NCBI GenBank assembly: GCA_051294905.1
Contig: CM119377.1
Location: 29,450,001 to 29,514,000, forward strand
Direction: 5' to 3'
Source: Botryllus schlosseri
Lineage: Eukaryota
DNA: 64,000 bases
Shown here one piece after another: positions 13,185 through 25,619 of the stretch. The notes below the pieces were generated by a model. That model made no database searches. It saw nothing but the letters and a program-made list of their open reading frames with translations, and had not been told where the DNA came from. Position numbers and translations under genes: made by a program. Position 1 is the stretch's first letter. Each line of letters begins with the position of its first letter.

Positions 13185-13334
13185 TTCGTGATTGTATATA
13201 CTATGGTTCAAGAAAACGATGAGCTATCATCAAAGGTAAGCATGCAGTGCTACTATATCATCATATAATCAGCGTTTCTATTATCCGTTCAAGACACATA
13301 ATGTGCAATGCAATTTAATGGCCAGATACTAGGA

Positions 13335-14073
13335 CAGTGGTTCTCAACCGAGGGTCCGCGAAGCATTTTCAAGGGGTCCGCAAAACATTCGAATTTGTAA
13401 AATGGTTGATAAGCAATTTTGTATTTTGTTTCAACATAGAGAAATAACGAAGCACTTCCCCTTCATAACTTCTAAAACGTCAGGACTCGCAGAAACAGAA
13501 TGGCCGTCTGAGATGAAATATTCTAATGTGCAACCTCATTTTAATTGACAAATTGCTAATAGCCGATACAGTTACAAAGATATTACTGTTTGAGTGTTTA
13601 GAGATGTTTTTGGGGTATTCGTAATTTGTTTTGACATAAAACCATTTTCTTCTGTGATATACATAACCGCTATTCAAGAATAACTTCAAGATGAGGTGCT
13701 AGATATACAGATGACTAGGCATATGTTGCGATCATACCCCGAGGAGTCGTCGGAAACGTTACCTGTATTCGCCACCACTTATCGTTGTGGAAATGGATTA
13801 TTCAGACACGGCCACGAATTTCAAGAAATACAGCCACAGAATTCGCTTCGAATTAATAAAAGTCTTACCGATTTCTCCCTAATAGTATGATTTTATTTTA
13901 ATTTTACTGTTGTTTATCACTAGCATACAATAAATATTTGCACAATACATATGACGGTCGCACGACAATAGAGCGAAATTTGAGCTAAAACTGTGCTTGT
14001 GGGGGGGGGGGGTCGATGGGTTTCGTGACAGTCCAAATGGGTTCCGCGAATACAAAAAGGTTGAGAACCACTG
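13335..14073. mobile_element. hAT (Charlie/Buster-like) MITE, TIR CAGTGGTTCTCAACC
   Basis: Matching TIRs and a perfect TSD TACTAGGA (13327-13334, 14074-14081). Confidence 0.92.
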
Positions 14074-15570
14074 TACTAGGACATCGGAGTGACCAATTAC
14101 GGCGAGATATCAATGAATGTATGATTGCTACACTGTTTTTTTGACGATCACGATTGTCATAATTGGTGTTTCTATTATTATTTTTATACGCTCACGAGAA
14201 ACAATGCAAAATAAGATACATAAGACACGATCTGATGTATTAGACAGAAAGGAGGATGTGGCTACGATCAAGAACAGTGGGACGACTAAAAAATTTCAAG
14301 TTATAACGAATGAGATTAGAAATAGAATGATAGCTACAGACTACACTTTTTTCGAATTTGACTACAATTACAATCGAAGAATTCGCAAAACTAGGAAATT
14401 GAATTAAATATATAGCATACTTAGAAAGACATGCAACAAAAATCGAGTTCAGTTCATACCAAATTCGTGTTCATTTTCGTAAGCATGAGAATAGCAAATA
14501 TCTGTACAACAACACTATATAGTTCTATTGTAGCATCTTCAGAAAAATCAAAAAGTCGAGTAAAATTAAAATGAGAGAATAGAAACATTTTACAAATTAG
14601 ATTCGAATTAGATTACATGCATTCGCTTTTATTAGCCTTATTAGAAACTAGAGTTATCTAGTCGTCCAAGTCAGCGACCAAGTACGGTCCAGTGTAACAG
14701 CTCCCAGCGGTGGATGCTCTCTTTTCTCATTTCATTTACTTGCATGTATTCGTACTTCATTAGTCGGTAATAACAGCGACGCATGGTATTAGGAGCCCAT
14801 AGAAACTTCCGACACTCCGTCACGTTGAATGGTATATTCAATTGTATATTGAAGTTCTGTACCTCCAAGAAGCTCTTTGTAAAGGGATTCAAATCGGCTT
14901 TACATTCGCAGATTGCGTTGAATTTACCGACGTACCAATCCCTCTATGACATAATCACGTAAGTGCAGTCCTTCTTGTTAAACAATGCTGCACGCCTGTT
15001 TGACTGATTAGGCTCTTGATGCCACAATCAGAACGCTGTTCTACCGTTTGAATCAGCTGGTCGACTTAATACGGTGAACATTACCGATGGTAAACATTAA
15101 ACATCTCAAGACCAGCAAACTGTTGTTACGTTATGTCGCGAACGAGCGAAAAGTTTCGTAGAACTAAATATCCTGTTATATACAATGCTTAGCTCTCTGA
15201 CTTATTCCTTTATTTATCAACAATACGAATTTGCAACATAAATCTGCAACAGCACTGTCTCTTGTGCATTCCTTGGTAACGTGGTTTTAGTGTTGAGTAG
15301 AACCATATAACACTAACAATGTCAAATCCTATGGTGGCCCGCGGCGGCACGTTTTAAGCAGCTGTGCATCTGTGACTCTCAAGAGACTGTGAGTGTGATC
15401 ACGTCGCTCAACGCAGAATAATCGATGGAATTGACGTAATCGGCGAAATGTCCGAGATAATTGCACGTTCTTAGCATGTTTACCGTAGCCCGGGGCATAG
15501 GCGTACGCAGCGCTGCTAGATCTTGGGTACGAGTTACCCTTTGAAGATTGCTAAATTAAGACATGTTATT

Positions 15571-15870
15571 TGAAGAGCTTCTTGGAGGTACAATAACATC
15601 TATACACAAATGAATAATAAATTCATATTGAAATAAACCTGAATCTTTTTCCGTTGACACGCGTCAGTAGTAGCCTTATCGTCTGCAGGTAATAGAGAAT
15701 CGAGCAGAACATTGCATATCAACATTAGTCATATTTGGTGATACGATTGTTGATATTCAATGGGCTTTTCAATTCTCTACTAGTTGTTGACGATTACTCC
15801 CGACGAGTATTGGCCGAAAATATTCGGGCTTTACTTGAATATTATTGTATCATTCATTTGTATAATGAAA
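15571..15870. repeat. Family B interspersed repeat, palindromic form (representative copy)
   Basis: Arms GAAATAAACCCGAATA..CTGACACTCGTCAGGGGTAATCGTCAGCAACTAGTAGAG in inverted orientation. Other palindromic copies: ~19283-19436, 29588-29830, 30211-30405, 39190-39292. Confidence 0.8.
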
Positions 15871-16279
15871 TTATATTTCCACGCCGTTACATCTCGCCTT
15901 AATATCAAGAATTAATCCAGCAAACATGCTTATGTATCTCTGCATCTGGATTATAGCTCAAACCGCGGCCTACGATACTTAATCACATGAGTAGTCAACC
16001 GGAATATACCAATTTGACAGAGTATGTCGCGCTAATGTAAATACGAAACGCCAGACGAGGTTAGCTGTAACTACGAGGTACAGACAAAACAAAGCAAAAC
16101 GCGTGACAATCAAATTATATAATACACGGAAAAGAATTGGTCATGAGTAAGGCAGCAATTATTTTAGGATTCCAAAGTATGAAGTCTTCAGGTTACATAA
16201 ATTATACTGCAATAACTCTATTCCTAAAAGCTACATTCAAGTTTAGATCTGCAAGTCACTTAACCAACCTTGTACATCG

Positions 16280-16820
16280 TCAAGGCCCAGGTTGGTGTCT
16301 GCTTTCAAAGACTACTCCAAGTCGTTTCTTTTTATAACGGTCTTGAAGTGCCTTAAAATGATGAAACTCTCAATACACTGATAATGATGATGATAAGAAT
16401 ATTTACATTATGCATGTACTGTACAACTGCACAATACACAACCAACCACACCAATGAAGCACACAGGCTACTGAAGATTTGAATCTCGCTTACAAGCTCA
16501 CGCTTTGCCGCCGAAACCCGAATAACACTGACCGTCATGTAGATGTAGAAATAGAGAGCGCCCAAAGCACAACCAAGCATCCCAATGGTCGCTAACAGAG
16601 TTTCAGCGATTCTGTTCAGCAAGTGGCGCGAATTTTGTGCACTGCTTCTCAGGTAACCAAATGTCTATGTAAACAAAGATGTTCTGAAAGCCTTATCGTG
16701 ACATACAACGCTCCATCCTTCGTCGGTACGAGATAGACTCTTCCTTGTAATTGTAATATGACTCACAACTCGGTACGGTCGGCGAGCATAATGGCATATA
16801 GTATCAATTGATCCGGATTG
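16280..16820 (-). CDS. 3' exons of an uncharacterised membrane-protein gene (two hydrophobic helices and a basic tail)
   Basis: Exons 16820-16767, 16664-16407 and 16351-16280 join in phase 0. The last intron is 55 nt, matching the local minimal intron size. The product ends ..TLLATIGMLGCALGALYFYIYMT..SSLCASLVWLVVYCAVVQYMHN|ALQDRYKKKRLGVVFESRHQPGP*. Confidence 0.5.
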
Positions 16821-17344
16821 CTATACGCAACCATTCCCGCATGTTCCTGCTATTTCGAATATTGTTCCAAGAGGCGAGATAGCCACCAGACTAGACTACA
16901 GAAATTAAAAGCTAATTATTTGATAGAGCGAAATGCCGGTAATCTAATTGTAATCTAATATGTGAAATGTTCCTATGCTCTCATATTGATTCTAACCCGA
17001 CTACTGGCTTTTCCTGAAAATGCTACAGGGGAACAGTATCGTACGAAAAAAGCTTGCTGTAACAAATATGTTTGTCATACAGGTGCTTATGAGAATCAAC
17101 TCTGATCTCATATGAACTTGAGTTGATTTTTGTTGCATTTCTTTCTTAATTCGGAATTGAATTCAATGTCCGCATTTTGCAAATTCAGTAAGTCTGATTC
17201 TAATCTAATTTGGAAGTAATATGTAGTTTTAATTCCATTCTTATGCACTTATGTACAGTTGAATATTATTTAGCTGCCTAACTTCTTCTCTCTATCCACA
17301 AAGTGATGAGAAAGCAGCATGTACAAACGTGTTATAATTCACAC

Positions 17345-17680
17345 AACATCATAGTATTGAATAGTATATTCATATTGAAATGAACCCGAATATTTTCGTC
17401 TGACACTCGTCAGGGGTAATCGTCAGCAACTAATAGTACAGAATTGGAAAGAACATTGTATATCAGCAATCGTATCACAAAATATGACGTCACCAGCATG
17501 AAAGAGAGAGCGTTCAATGTACTATTTTAGGTGGTTCACGAACTCCTTTTGTTGACAGAGTTTTGGTTGGTGTATTTTGATAAAAGTCGACTCCAAAGCA
17601 CACAAATGGAATTGTGAACGGTCCCACCCAACGATTCGAAATCGGTCGTCTCGATAATTATTCGCACAAATCGGATTATC
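17345..17680 (+). repeat. Family B interspersed repeat, one-armed form with unique tail (representative copy)
   Basis: Same arm followed by ..ATGACGTCA..AAAGTCGACTCCAAAGCAC..GTCGTCTCG..TTCGCACA. Other copies: ~600-765(-), 22313-22672(-), 44968-45231(-), 55660-55995(+). Terminus-only fragments: ~14825-14877, 56432-56480. Confidence 0.8.
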
Positions 17681-19789
17681 CAACAGATGTTTGCCGATGG
17701 CAGAATTAATGGCCTTTGATCGATCAGCATCAACATCATAGCTGAAACGAACTACGCTTCAAGAGGAATCTACACGATGTACCATAGGTGGCAGTCAATG
17801 TTTTTAATTCGCAATATGTCCACAGTAATCGCACACGGTTGAGGTGCGAGTAATTCTCGCACCTAGTATACCGCAAGCTGTATGCGGCATTTTTCATGTC
17901 GTAGACACCTACCGTGCAAGATTAATAAAGTTGAATTCGTCTCGCCTTTCCCGGAGCTTATACAACGAGGATCAAATAATTTGTCATCACAAGGTTGGAC
18001 AGTGGACACATATTAAGATACAGTGACCATGCTGTTTATAGACTCGACAATTTGTTTGTAATAATAGCTATCAGCCAGAGTTGGACACTAGACAGCTAGA
18101 AAATCCACAGTTTTTCCGAATTCGATTACAATTAGAATCACTGACTTTGCAAAAACAAGAAGATTGAATTAAATTCACAATTTTAAAGAGATACAACAAA
18201 AATAAAGTCAAGTAATATCAAATCAGAGTTCATCCTCATCCCGAAATGCCTGTGCATAAAGCTTAGCTCGTTTGAAACGATGTAGTTGTCTTGTAGCATT
18301 TCCAGGAAAACCAGAAGTTAGATTAGAATTAGACACACAAATTACATTGCGGACATTGTAGATTAATTGGTCTGATTGAGCAACCGGACTTATCTAGTTT
18401 TCAAGTTCTGACACGAATACAGTGAGACGAACCGACGAAAAAAACGCGAACTGGTCTTGACTCACCGAAACTTGATACTTTGCTACGTTGAGCTTTCTTC
18501 CTGCTATTGATTCGAAGCAGTGTTCTAACACGAAGCCTTAATGATATAGTATCATCGGGGCATGATGTGCGACTAAACGAAATTTAATGCCTGAATACGG
18601 ATGCTATACCATGTAGCTACGTGAGATAGCTATACTTCACGATATTGTGACTATACATTCAACGACGTGAATATCTGCCTGTGTTTCGAGACAGGAAACT
18701 ATCACAATCGGCGGACAGGACTTTTGAAGTAATACAGAGAATATGTACGTCAAGCCACATCCAAACAAATCGCATTGATTTCAAGTACTGAGAATTGAAC
18801 ACAATTGTACAGTCGGTGCGTAAAGAACAGGGTCTTCTATAAGAAATATCCGTTTAAGCAAGGGTTCAAATGCGCAATGACATAGCCCTTTTGCGAGTCT
18901 AGTTGCTGGATCACAATATTAAAAGATTTCACTTGTTCATACTCAGAGACTGCGCTGGTCTATACGCAATTTTTGTTGCCAAGTAAGATTGAACTATACT
19001 CAAGTATTTGATATATTCCGTATATAGTTTCACAGTAAAAGTGCTATAAATGGTAAATTTCAAGTCAAACCAATAATCTTGCAACCAGCATTCTACCAAG
19101 TAAGATTTATATTTAATAAGATCATATAACGTTTCGCAACGGATGCAGGCTCTCTTTTCGCGTACCACCTTTTTTGGCGTACACACTCACTCTTATCGCT
19201 GATAATGCACTACAAGCCAGTATGAACACTTCCCGATAGCTAACTCAAGCTCCAATCGCAGATTCCACGTTGAACAGGCGTTTTAAGGTACAGAACCTCA
19301 ATATACAATTGAAAAATATATTCGTATTGAAATAAACCCGAATAATCTGCTAGTTGCTGATGATTGCCCCTGACGAGTGTCAACCGACAATATATTCGGG
19401 TTTATTTCAATATGAATTTATTATTCAATTGTAGAATACACTTTGTTCAACACACAGACAAACCCGTATGTTAGGCATAAACTAGAATTCCGAAAGACTT
19501 AGTAAATCATTAGCCGACAACTGCGCATCGTTATGGTATATAGCTCACCCGCAGTCGACACTCTCCATATGGCGACCGTGTGTCTCATTCCACTATCCTC
19601 GCAATGTGACACACTCGCATTTGTAGTATTATGGCATTCCAGCCCACGGGCGTGACACCGGATATCGGTTGATGCGGGTCGCTACTCAACCCTTCCTGCG
19701 TTACTGGCTCTACAACGATTTGATCCAATGATGAGAATCCGCGGGAGATACCCGTTGTGGTAACATTTACAAACGACTTATCATATATA

Positions 19790-20751
19790 GGGGAGATGTG
19801 GTACCGATGGATCAAAAATTGGAAAATGATCGCTGGTCCCAAAATGTTCAGCCGAAAACAGCAGATCTTTTGCTGGCTCAACACTTTGATACAAGCTCTA
19901 CCTATCGCGCACGTATACATGAATATCCGTCTTTTCGAAAAATATTTATGGACGTTTAAAATTTGTTGCTCGAACGTGTCATCGGTCCCCACCCGGTGGG
20001 TCATATGGCACACGACCCGGGGACCTATGACACATGTACCCTATAAAACCCAGATGTGACAACTTTTCTTGCTCAGTATTATAATCTAAGCTACATCAAG
20101 CCAAAGAAGAATTTTCGGTCGCAACCGTCAAAAAATAGATTAAATATTGACTCAAATGTTGTCATAAAATCACGTTTCGATTTAGGCTCGGACTTATAAA
20201 TTTGAGGGTACATACATATTGCCCGAAAATCGACAGTGTGACTTCCAAAGACCTCGTTATAGCGATAAAACATCACATGCAATTATTACATAAAGATTTT
20301 CCGTACGTAGTCATGTTTCATTTGTTTCATGATTAGTATGCTTGATTATTTTGCTTGATTTGGCTATTGTATCATCGATCCCCACCCTACTAATTTTGTA
20401 CATGAATCGAAAAAAATTCCACTCAAGGAAAGTACTGAAAAAAATAATAGGTTCCATTATATAGCCTGATACAAGCCCTAGACTTCACAATAAAAATGAT
20501 TGCTGATTTGTTCGTGTTGAAGGTTACAAAGAAAAATGTATATGTCGATCTGAATTTAGTTTACACCCCCCAAAACAAAAAACATCTGTAAGAGACCCCA
20601 TAGTTCGCGCACGTCGAATTTTTTTGTATGTGAGGAAAAATGTTGCCAGCATGCAATTGTAGACAAGCTCACGGATTGTAATCATGGAATTATCATAGAG
20701 AATTTTCAAAGTATTTTCGGTCCCAGTGATCCATCGGTACCACATCTCCCC
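19790..20751. mobile_element. Tc1/mariner (pogo-like) MITE
   Basis: TA|GGGGAGATGTGGTACCGATGGATCA ... TGATCCATCGGTACCACATCTCCCC|TA: 25-bp TIRs with TA duplication. Confidence 0.8.
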
Positions 20752-21298
20752 TATTTAAACAACAATGGACCTTAAGCTCACCTAACCCGCGGACCACTTA
20801 GGCTAATCTATACAGGCTTTCGCGGAACCACAACTTTAGCTCTGTCATAAAATTAAAAAAATCTACTACAGTACCCATCCACCTACCCATGCTATCTAAT
20901 GCATTATTATAGATTGCTGGTGCACAAAATGAGTTGTGCATCAACAGAGTATTGAAAGAATGAAAACAATAAAATATAATTTTCATACAAAGAGGAAACA
21001 CGATAATTAGTAATTATTGCTTATCAGTGTGACCTCTGTCGTTTCCTTTCAGATACCGGTAAAAATGCGCGGCTTCCCCTTGGAAAGTGACATCGCGTAT
21101 TATTCGGTCGGAACACAAGCGTGATACCAATTGCTTAATTGCAAATGATCTTATAAATATTGTAGATAGAATTGGTATTTCAAAAGGACTACTTTTCGAT
21201 TCGAAACCCAGCATCTCCCGCGTACGCCAATGCACACCACGTACCACAACAACATGCAGTCACAACTTGGCTATCGATCAGGCCAAATTACTTAGAAC

Positions 21299-21813
21299 TA
21301 GGGCTGGGCACAATGATTCGAGTACTCGAATCTGAATCGAGTAATAATTTTAATGATTCGAGTCGAGTAGTAAAAGCCGATTTTTTCGAGTACTGAAATT
21401 ATACGCTCCTCGCCACTGCACGTTAATTTATCAACCATAAATATAGTTTCGATACAATTTTTCCCTGTGAAAGCCTTGAAACATTGACTGGCCGTATCGC
21501 AGCATGCGAGACATACACTACAACGCTACGAACATTACTGAAAATATATATTTCCGAAGTCATGATCATCTCACAACATTGTCCCAAAGTGCGATGAAAC
21601 CCGTATGGTCGAAAAATACCGAACTATCTTTGATGTGATCGATAACAGGCATTATATTATTTGTGGTGGCATGAAAGGTACATATTTAAACTTTGACGTA
21701 TTACATTCTGTTATTACGTCATAATGAGTGATACTCGAATACTCGACTCGACTCGAAGCATTTTACGTGATTCAGAATCGAATCACTCAGGTACTCGATT
21801 TTGCCCAGCCCTA
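21299..21813. mobile_element. hAT-type MITE, TIR TAGGGCTGGGCA (copy 2, inverted relative to copy 1)
   Basis: Perfect TSD CTTAGAAC (21291-21298, 21814-21821). Confidence 0.9.
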
Positions 21814-23140
21814 CTTAGAACCCATGATGACGAAGACGGCCGTAACATTTCAAATCATATGCGTTAGGTGTGTCGTGACCTCCACAGAACCCGGAATACT
21901 GGTTCATGGACCCCTAGTGTTCCTTGGAACATCTGCTAAGAAGCACTGGTATACAATACAACAGAGAAAGGGAACTTCGTTTCACGATTTCAGTACAGGC
22001 ACCATCACATCATACTGACATGTCATGTATTTTTTAACAAAATCAATATGGAGGAGATATAATTGATTGTCCCATGTCCAGTTCACAAGCAGATTACATA
22101 AATTCAATACACACCAAAGTGTTCAACATGATGCAACATCATCTCGCCCATTCTTGAAGCTATACTGACCGCATTAAACAACATGTCCCCAGATTTATTA
22201 GAGCACGCGCATCGCGCTCGGAGGAAAGCTCACCCTTGACTCATCCAGTAAAGCTGTATTCAGAACAGGCAAAGGCCATGAATTGAGCCATTGTCCAACA
22301 TGTGACGGATATCTTGTATGTGCGAAAAATGATCGAGACGACAGAATTCACGTCGTCTGAACAGGTCGTTCACACTTTCTTTTGCGTGCCTTGGAGTCGA
22401 CCGGCACCGGCAGCAGTCGACTTTATCAAAATACGCCAACCTAGTTTGTGTATTGCTTAAGACTTAAGACTTAATCTGTTCGCCCCAATTATTCGAAATT
22501 ACATGACGGTGACGTCATATATTGAGATACTGTTGTTAATATACAATGTTATTTCCAATCCTCTACTATAGTTGATGACGATTACCTCTGACGAGTGTCG
22601 GCCGAAACTGTTCGGGTTTATTTCGGCATCAATCTACTATTCAATTGTCTATTGAAGTTCTGTACCTCCAAGATGCACTGAAAATTCCGAGTAGATGAAG
22701 GAAATGCTTGCAGTATCTAGCGCATAAAAAGATTGAGATTTTTATCGATACAGCTTAAACGCTAAAGACCGCAAATGTCGAAAACGTTCACTGTTTGAAT
22801 GCCATATCACAGCGGACTCCGCTGTCGATTTCCACTCGGAGCACGGCCAGTAACAAGCCTGTCACGCCGATAAGGCAAATAAGTGCGCATTTGGAAAAAT
22901 AATCCGTAAGATAGTTATTAATAGAGGCGAAAAATTCATACATTTCCAATATATATCGTCCCATAATGCTAAATTGCTCGTCGCTGTATATCAAGTGCCT
23001 GCGTCTTTCTTCTCGCTGATCACGTGAATTGGTTCTATAACAGTTCGTGTATTGCAATCGTATGTAGACTTATTCCGCTATATCCTGCTGCATGTTCCAT
23101 CCATTCGACCAATATATGTATTTTATCTGGGGCAATATAG

Positions 23141-23562
23141 TAGTGCGGAGCATGGACCGGAGCCGGATTGGATACCCGGCCGGATTTTCACAATTTTGAC
23201 CGGACCGGATCGGAGCCGGATCAGTACTTTTTCTGTTACGGCCGGAGCCGGATCACTACTTTTTTGATGCGGCCAGAATCTTTATGGATAAGCATGACTT
23301 TTATAACTAAATAACTACCAACTACACGCAAGTAACCGCCAAGCCAGTGCGAGCATAAACGAGGCATATTTATCAATTCACGGAACCCCCGTACCGTGTA
23401 GGGCTGGATTTCAGGCCGGACTTTTTAATTTTGGGCCGGAGCCGGATTGGAGCCGGATCAGTACTTTTTCCTGATACGGCCAGAGCCGGATCGGAGCCGG
23501 ACCAGAGATTGAACAACCGGATCGAAGCCGGACCAGAGAATTTGTCGATCCGCTCCGCACTA
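23141..23562. mobile_element. hAT-type MITE, TIR TAGTGCGGAGC, with internal GGAGCCGGA repeats
   Basis: Perfect TSD CAATATAG (23133-23140, 23563-23570). Confidence 0.9.
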
Positions 23563-24892
23563 CAATATAGTCGTCGCATTCCTCGTGGAGTTGTCAGATC
23601 CAGGACTGACGCAGAAATGTGCGTATGCTACTGCCAGTTTAGTACGCCTACCCGGTCACAACTTGCGTGGAACTCTGGCGGGTAATCAGACAACAGCACG
23701 TCTTCTACGTGTCCAAGAATATAATTTAAATATATTGGGGGAGGCTGCTGTGTATAACTATAAAGGTTTCAGAATGTGTAAATCCATATGGAACGTTCTA
23801 CCCATGGAATACGCGCTTTAAAAGTATGGCAGTTGCGGTAAAACTATTTTCTGCATCTTCCACTTTCTCCAATCTTTATTTTGTCATTATTAGCCGTAAC
23901 TGGTCGTGCGGCACCCTCCTATCTGTTCATTATATCACATTGTGTCTTATCGCGTTGTACATGGTGTGAGTCTTGTTCGGATGAAAATATAATCTGAAGA
24001 ATATTGAATATCAGCTGTTAGCACGATGACTACATTGACCACCTCCGCCTGTAAGCTATGAGTTATGGATGAATATTCCCAGTAAAACATAATTCGCAGA
24101 TTAGTTCCCTGAATCACTACTACCGTGACGTAAGAAAAATCGTCGATTTTTACAAAAAAAGCCCTGTAAAAGACCCGACGAAGGAAAGCACTCACAAGGA
24201 ACGGAAAGAACTAGTAGAAAGGGTCCCGGCTTCAAAGGAGATCGACATCAAATAGAACTGTGACATCGGGCACTCTAGGCCGAGGTGAATGTTAGAGTAA
24301 AGGATCGCTACTGATGCGTGTCGTTCGATATCCTCCTATCTGCTCATGACATCGCATTGTGTCTTATCGCATCGTACATTGTGTGTGACTGTTCAGATGA
24401 AAAATATAACTCAGCAATGTCATGTTATGTTACTTCTAATAGTCAATGCCTCATATAGTTTGACTTCGTTTGATGTAGGCTACCAGGTGTAACAAATGCA
24501 CCAGAATAGTCTGCGAATTAAAATACATGTATTCTTGCAATGGATGCGCTGTTGAAAGTTTTCTTTGGCGGTTCCTCTTTTCTATGTAATAAACGCTTTC
24601 GCCTAGAATTGTATCCGCGAGGGCAATTTGACGCTAAGAAGTTTGACGACTGAAGTGAAATATCCGTCCGCGTAGTAATAATGTCTTCCGCAAGGTGGAG
24701 CTGTTGAATTTGCTACCTTGACAATCTCAGGGTTCAATCTAAAAATCGGTCACAAATTGTAATGAAATACTGTATATCAGTGATTCTCAACCGCGGCTCC
24801 AAACTACCCTTCTTTCGGCTCTGATTGGCCTCTGAATAGGCTAGACAAATAGGATAGACAGTTATTGTTTGTTTCTATGAATAGTTATATAA

Positions 24893-25150
24893 TCCGAGCG
24901 AGATCCGGCTTCTCGATCGGTAGGTCATGGGTTCGATCCCCGGCCGGGTCATACCAAAGACTCGAAAATTGGTATCAGCAGCTATCCTGCTAGGCGCTCA
25001 GCAATCACGGATAGCATGGAGGAGGAAAAACGGGGGCGCAGACTATAGATGACCCCACGGCCGTATCGCAACTCCGTCGTCAAAAGCATCTCGATGGTAC
25101 AGGCGAAAAAGAATATCATATCTCTCTCTCTCTATATATATATATATATA
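24893..25150 (+). mobile_element. tRNA-derived SINE (5'-truncated) ending in a (TC)n(TA)n tail
   Basis: B box GGTTCGATCC followed by the core CCGGGTCATACCAAAGAC..AAAATTGGTA..GCTAGGCGCTCAGCA. Confidence 0.75.
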
Positions 25151-25619
25151 GTCAATTTATGTACATTAATGCTAAAATAGGGGATATTAAATGTGTCTAA
25201 AGCCGCCCAAAGCCGCTTCTCAAAACGGGGAAAGAGAATTCATGCAGACTAGCGCCAGACGATGAATACCAGTCTGACAATGATATACCTTCATATATCG
25301 TCTCCTTGAATAGTAAATTTCGACACAATTTCACTGACATTATAGTCAAGTATAAATTGAAATATTACCAATATTACTCAGCGTATAATCCCCCTCAAAC
25401 TTGTGCAGTAAGTGCTGGAATTTAAGATGAGCTATCGCATAACGACATATATAATATTCTGTAGTAGTGATATGCATTTTCAGTATATTTCACTGTATAG
25501 CACTGCGTCAATCTGCGTCTCCCAATGCTAAAATAACCGATATAGAATCTGTAGAAATCTATGTACATTGTACATGCTTTAAAATTAGCTGAATCGTGAT
25601 ATCCAGAGGTAGGCTAGCC

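Noticed and set aside
14117-14407. 96-aa ORF with an N-terminal hydrophobic helix
   Set aside because: The 3' half is a reversed family C repeat and the middle matches another small repeat; likely chance.
16695-16745. GRVYLVPTKDGALY, reminiscent of IRE1/PERK luminal motifs
   Set aside because: Isolated 14-aa similarity with no kinase or RNase exons nearby, and a frame that does not connect to neighbouring exons.
23141-23562. Regularly recurring GGAGCCGGA motifs resembling a CRISPR-like array
   Set aside because: Units are short and irregular with no unique spacers, and are bounded by TIRs and an 8-bp TSD: subterminal repeats of a MITE.
24893-24960. tRNA gene
   Set aside because: Only a B box and partial arms are present, running into a SINE core; no acceptor stem.
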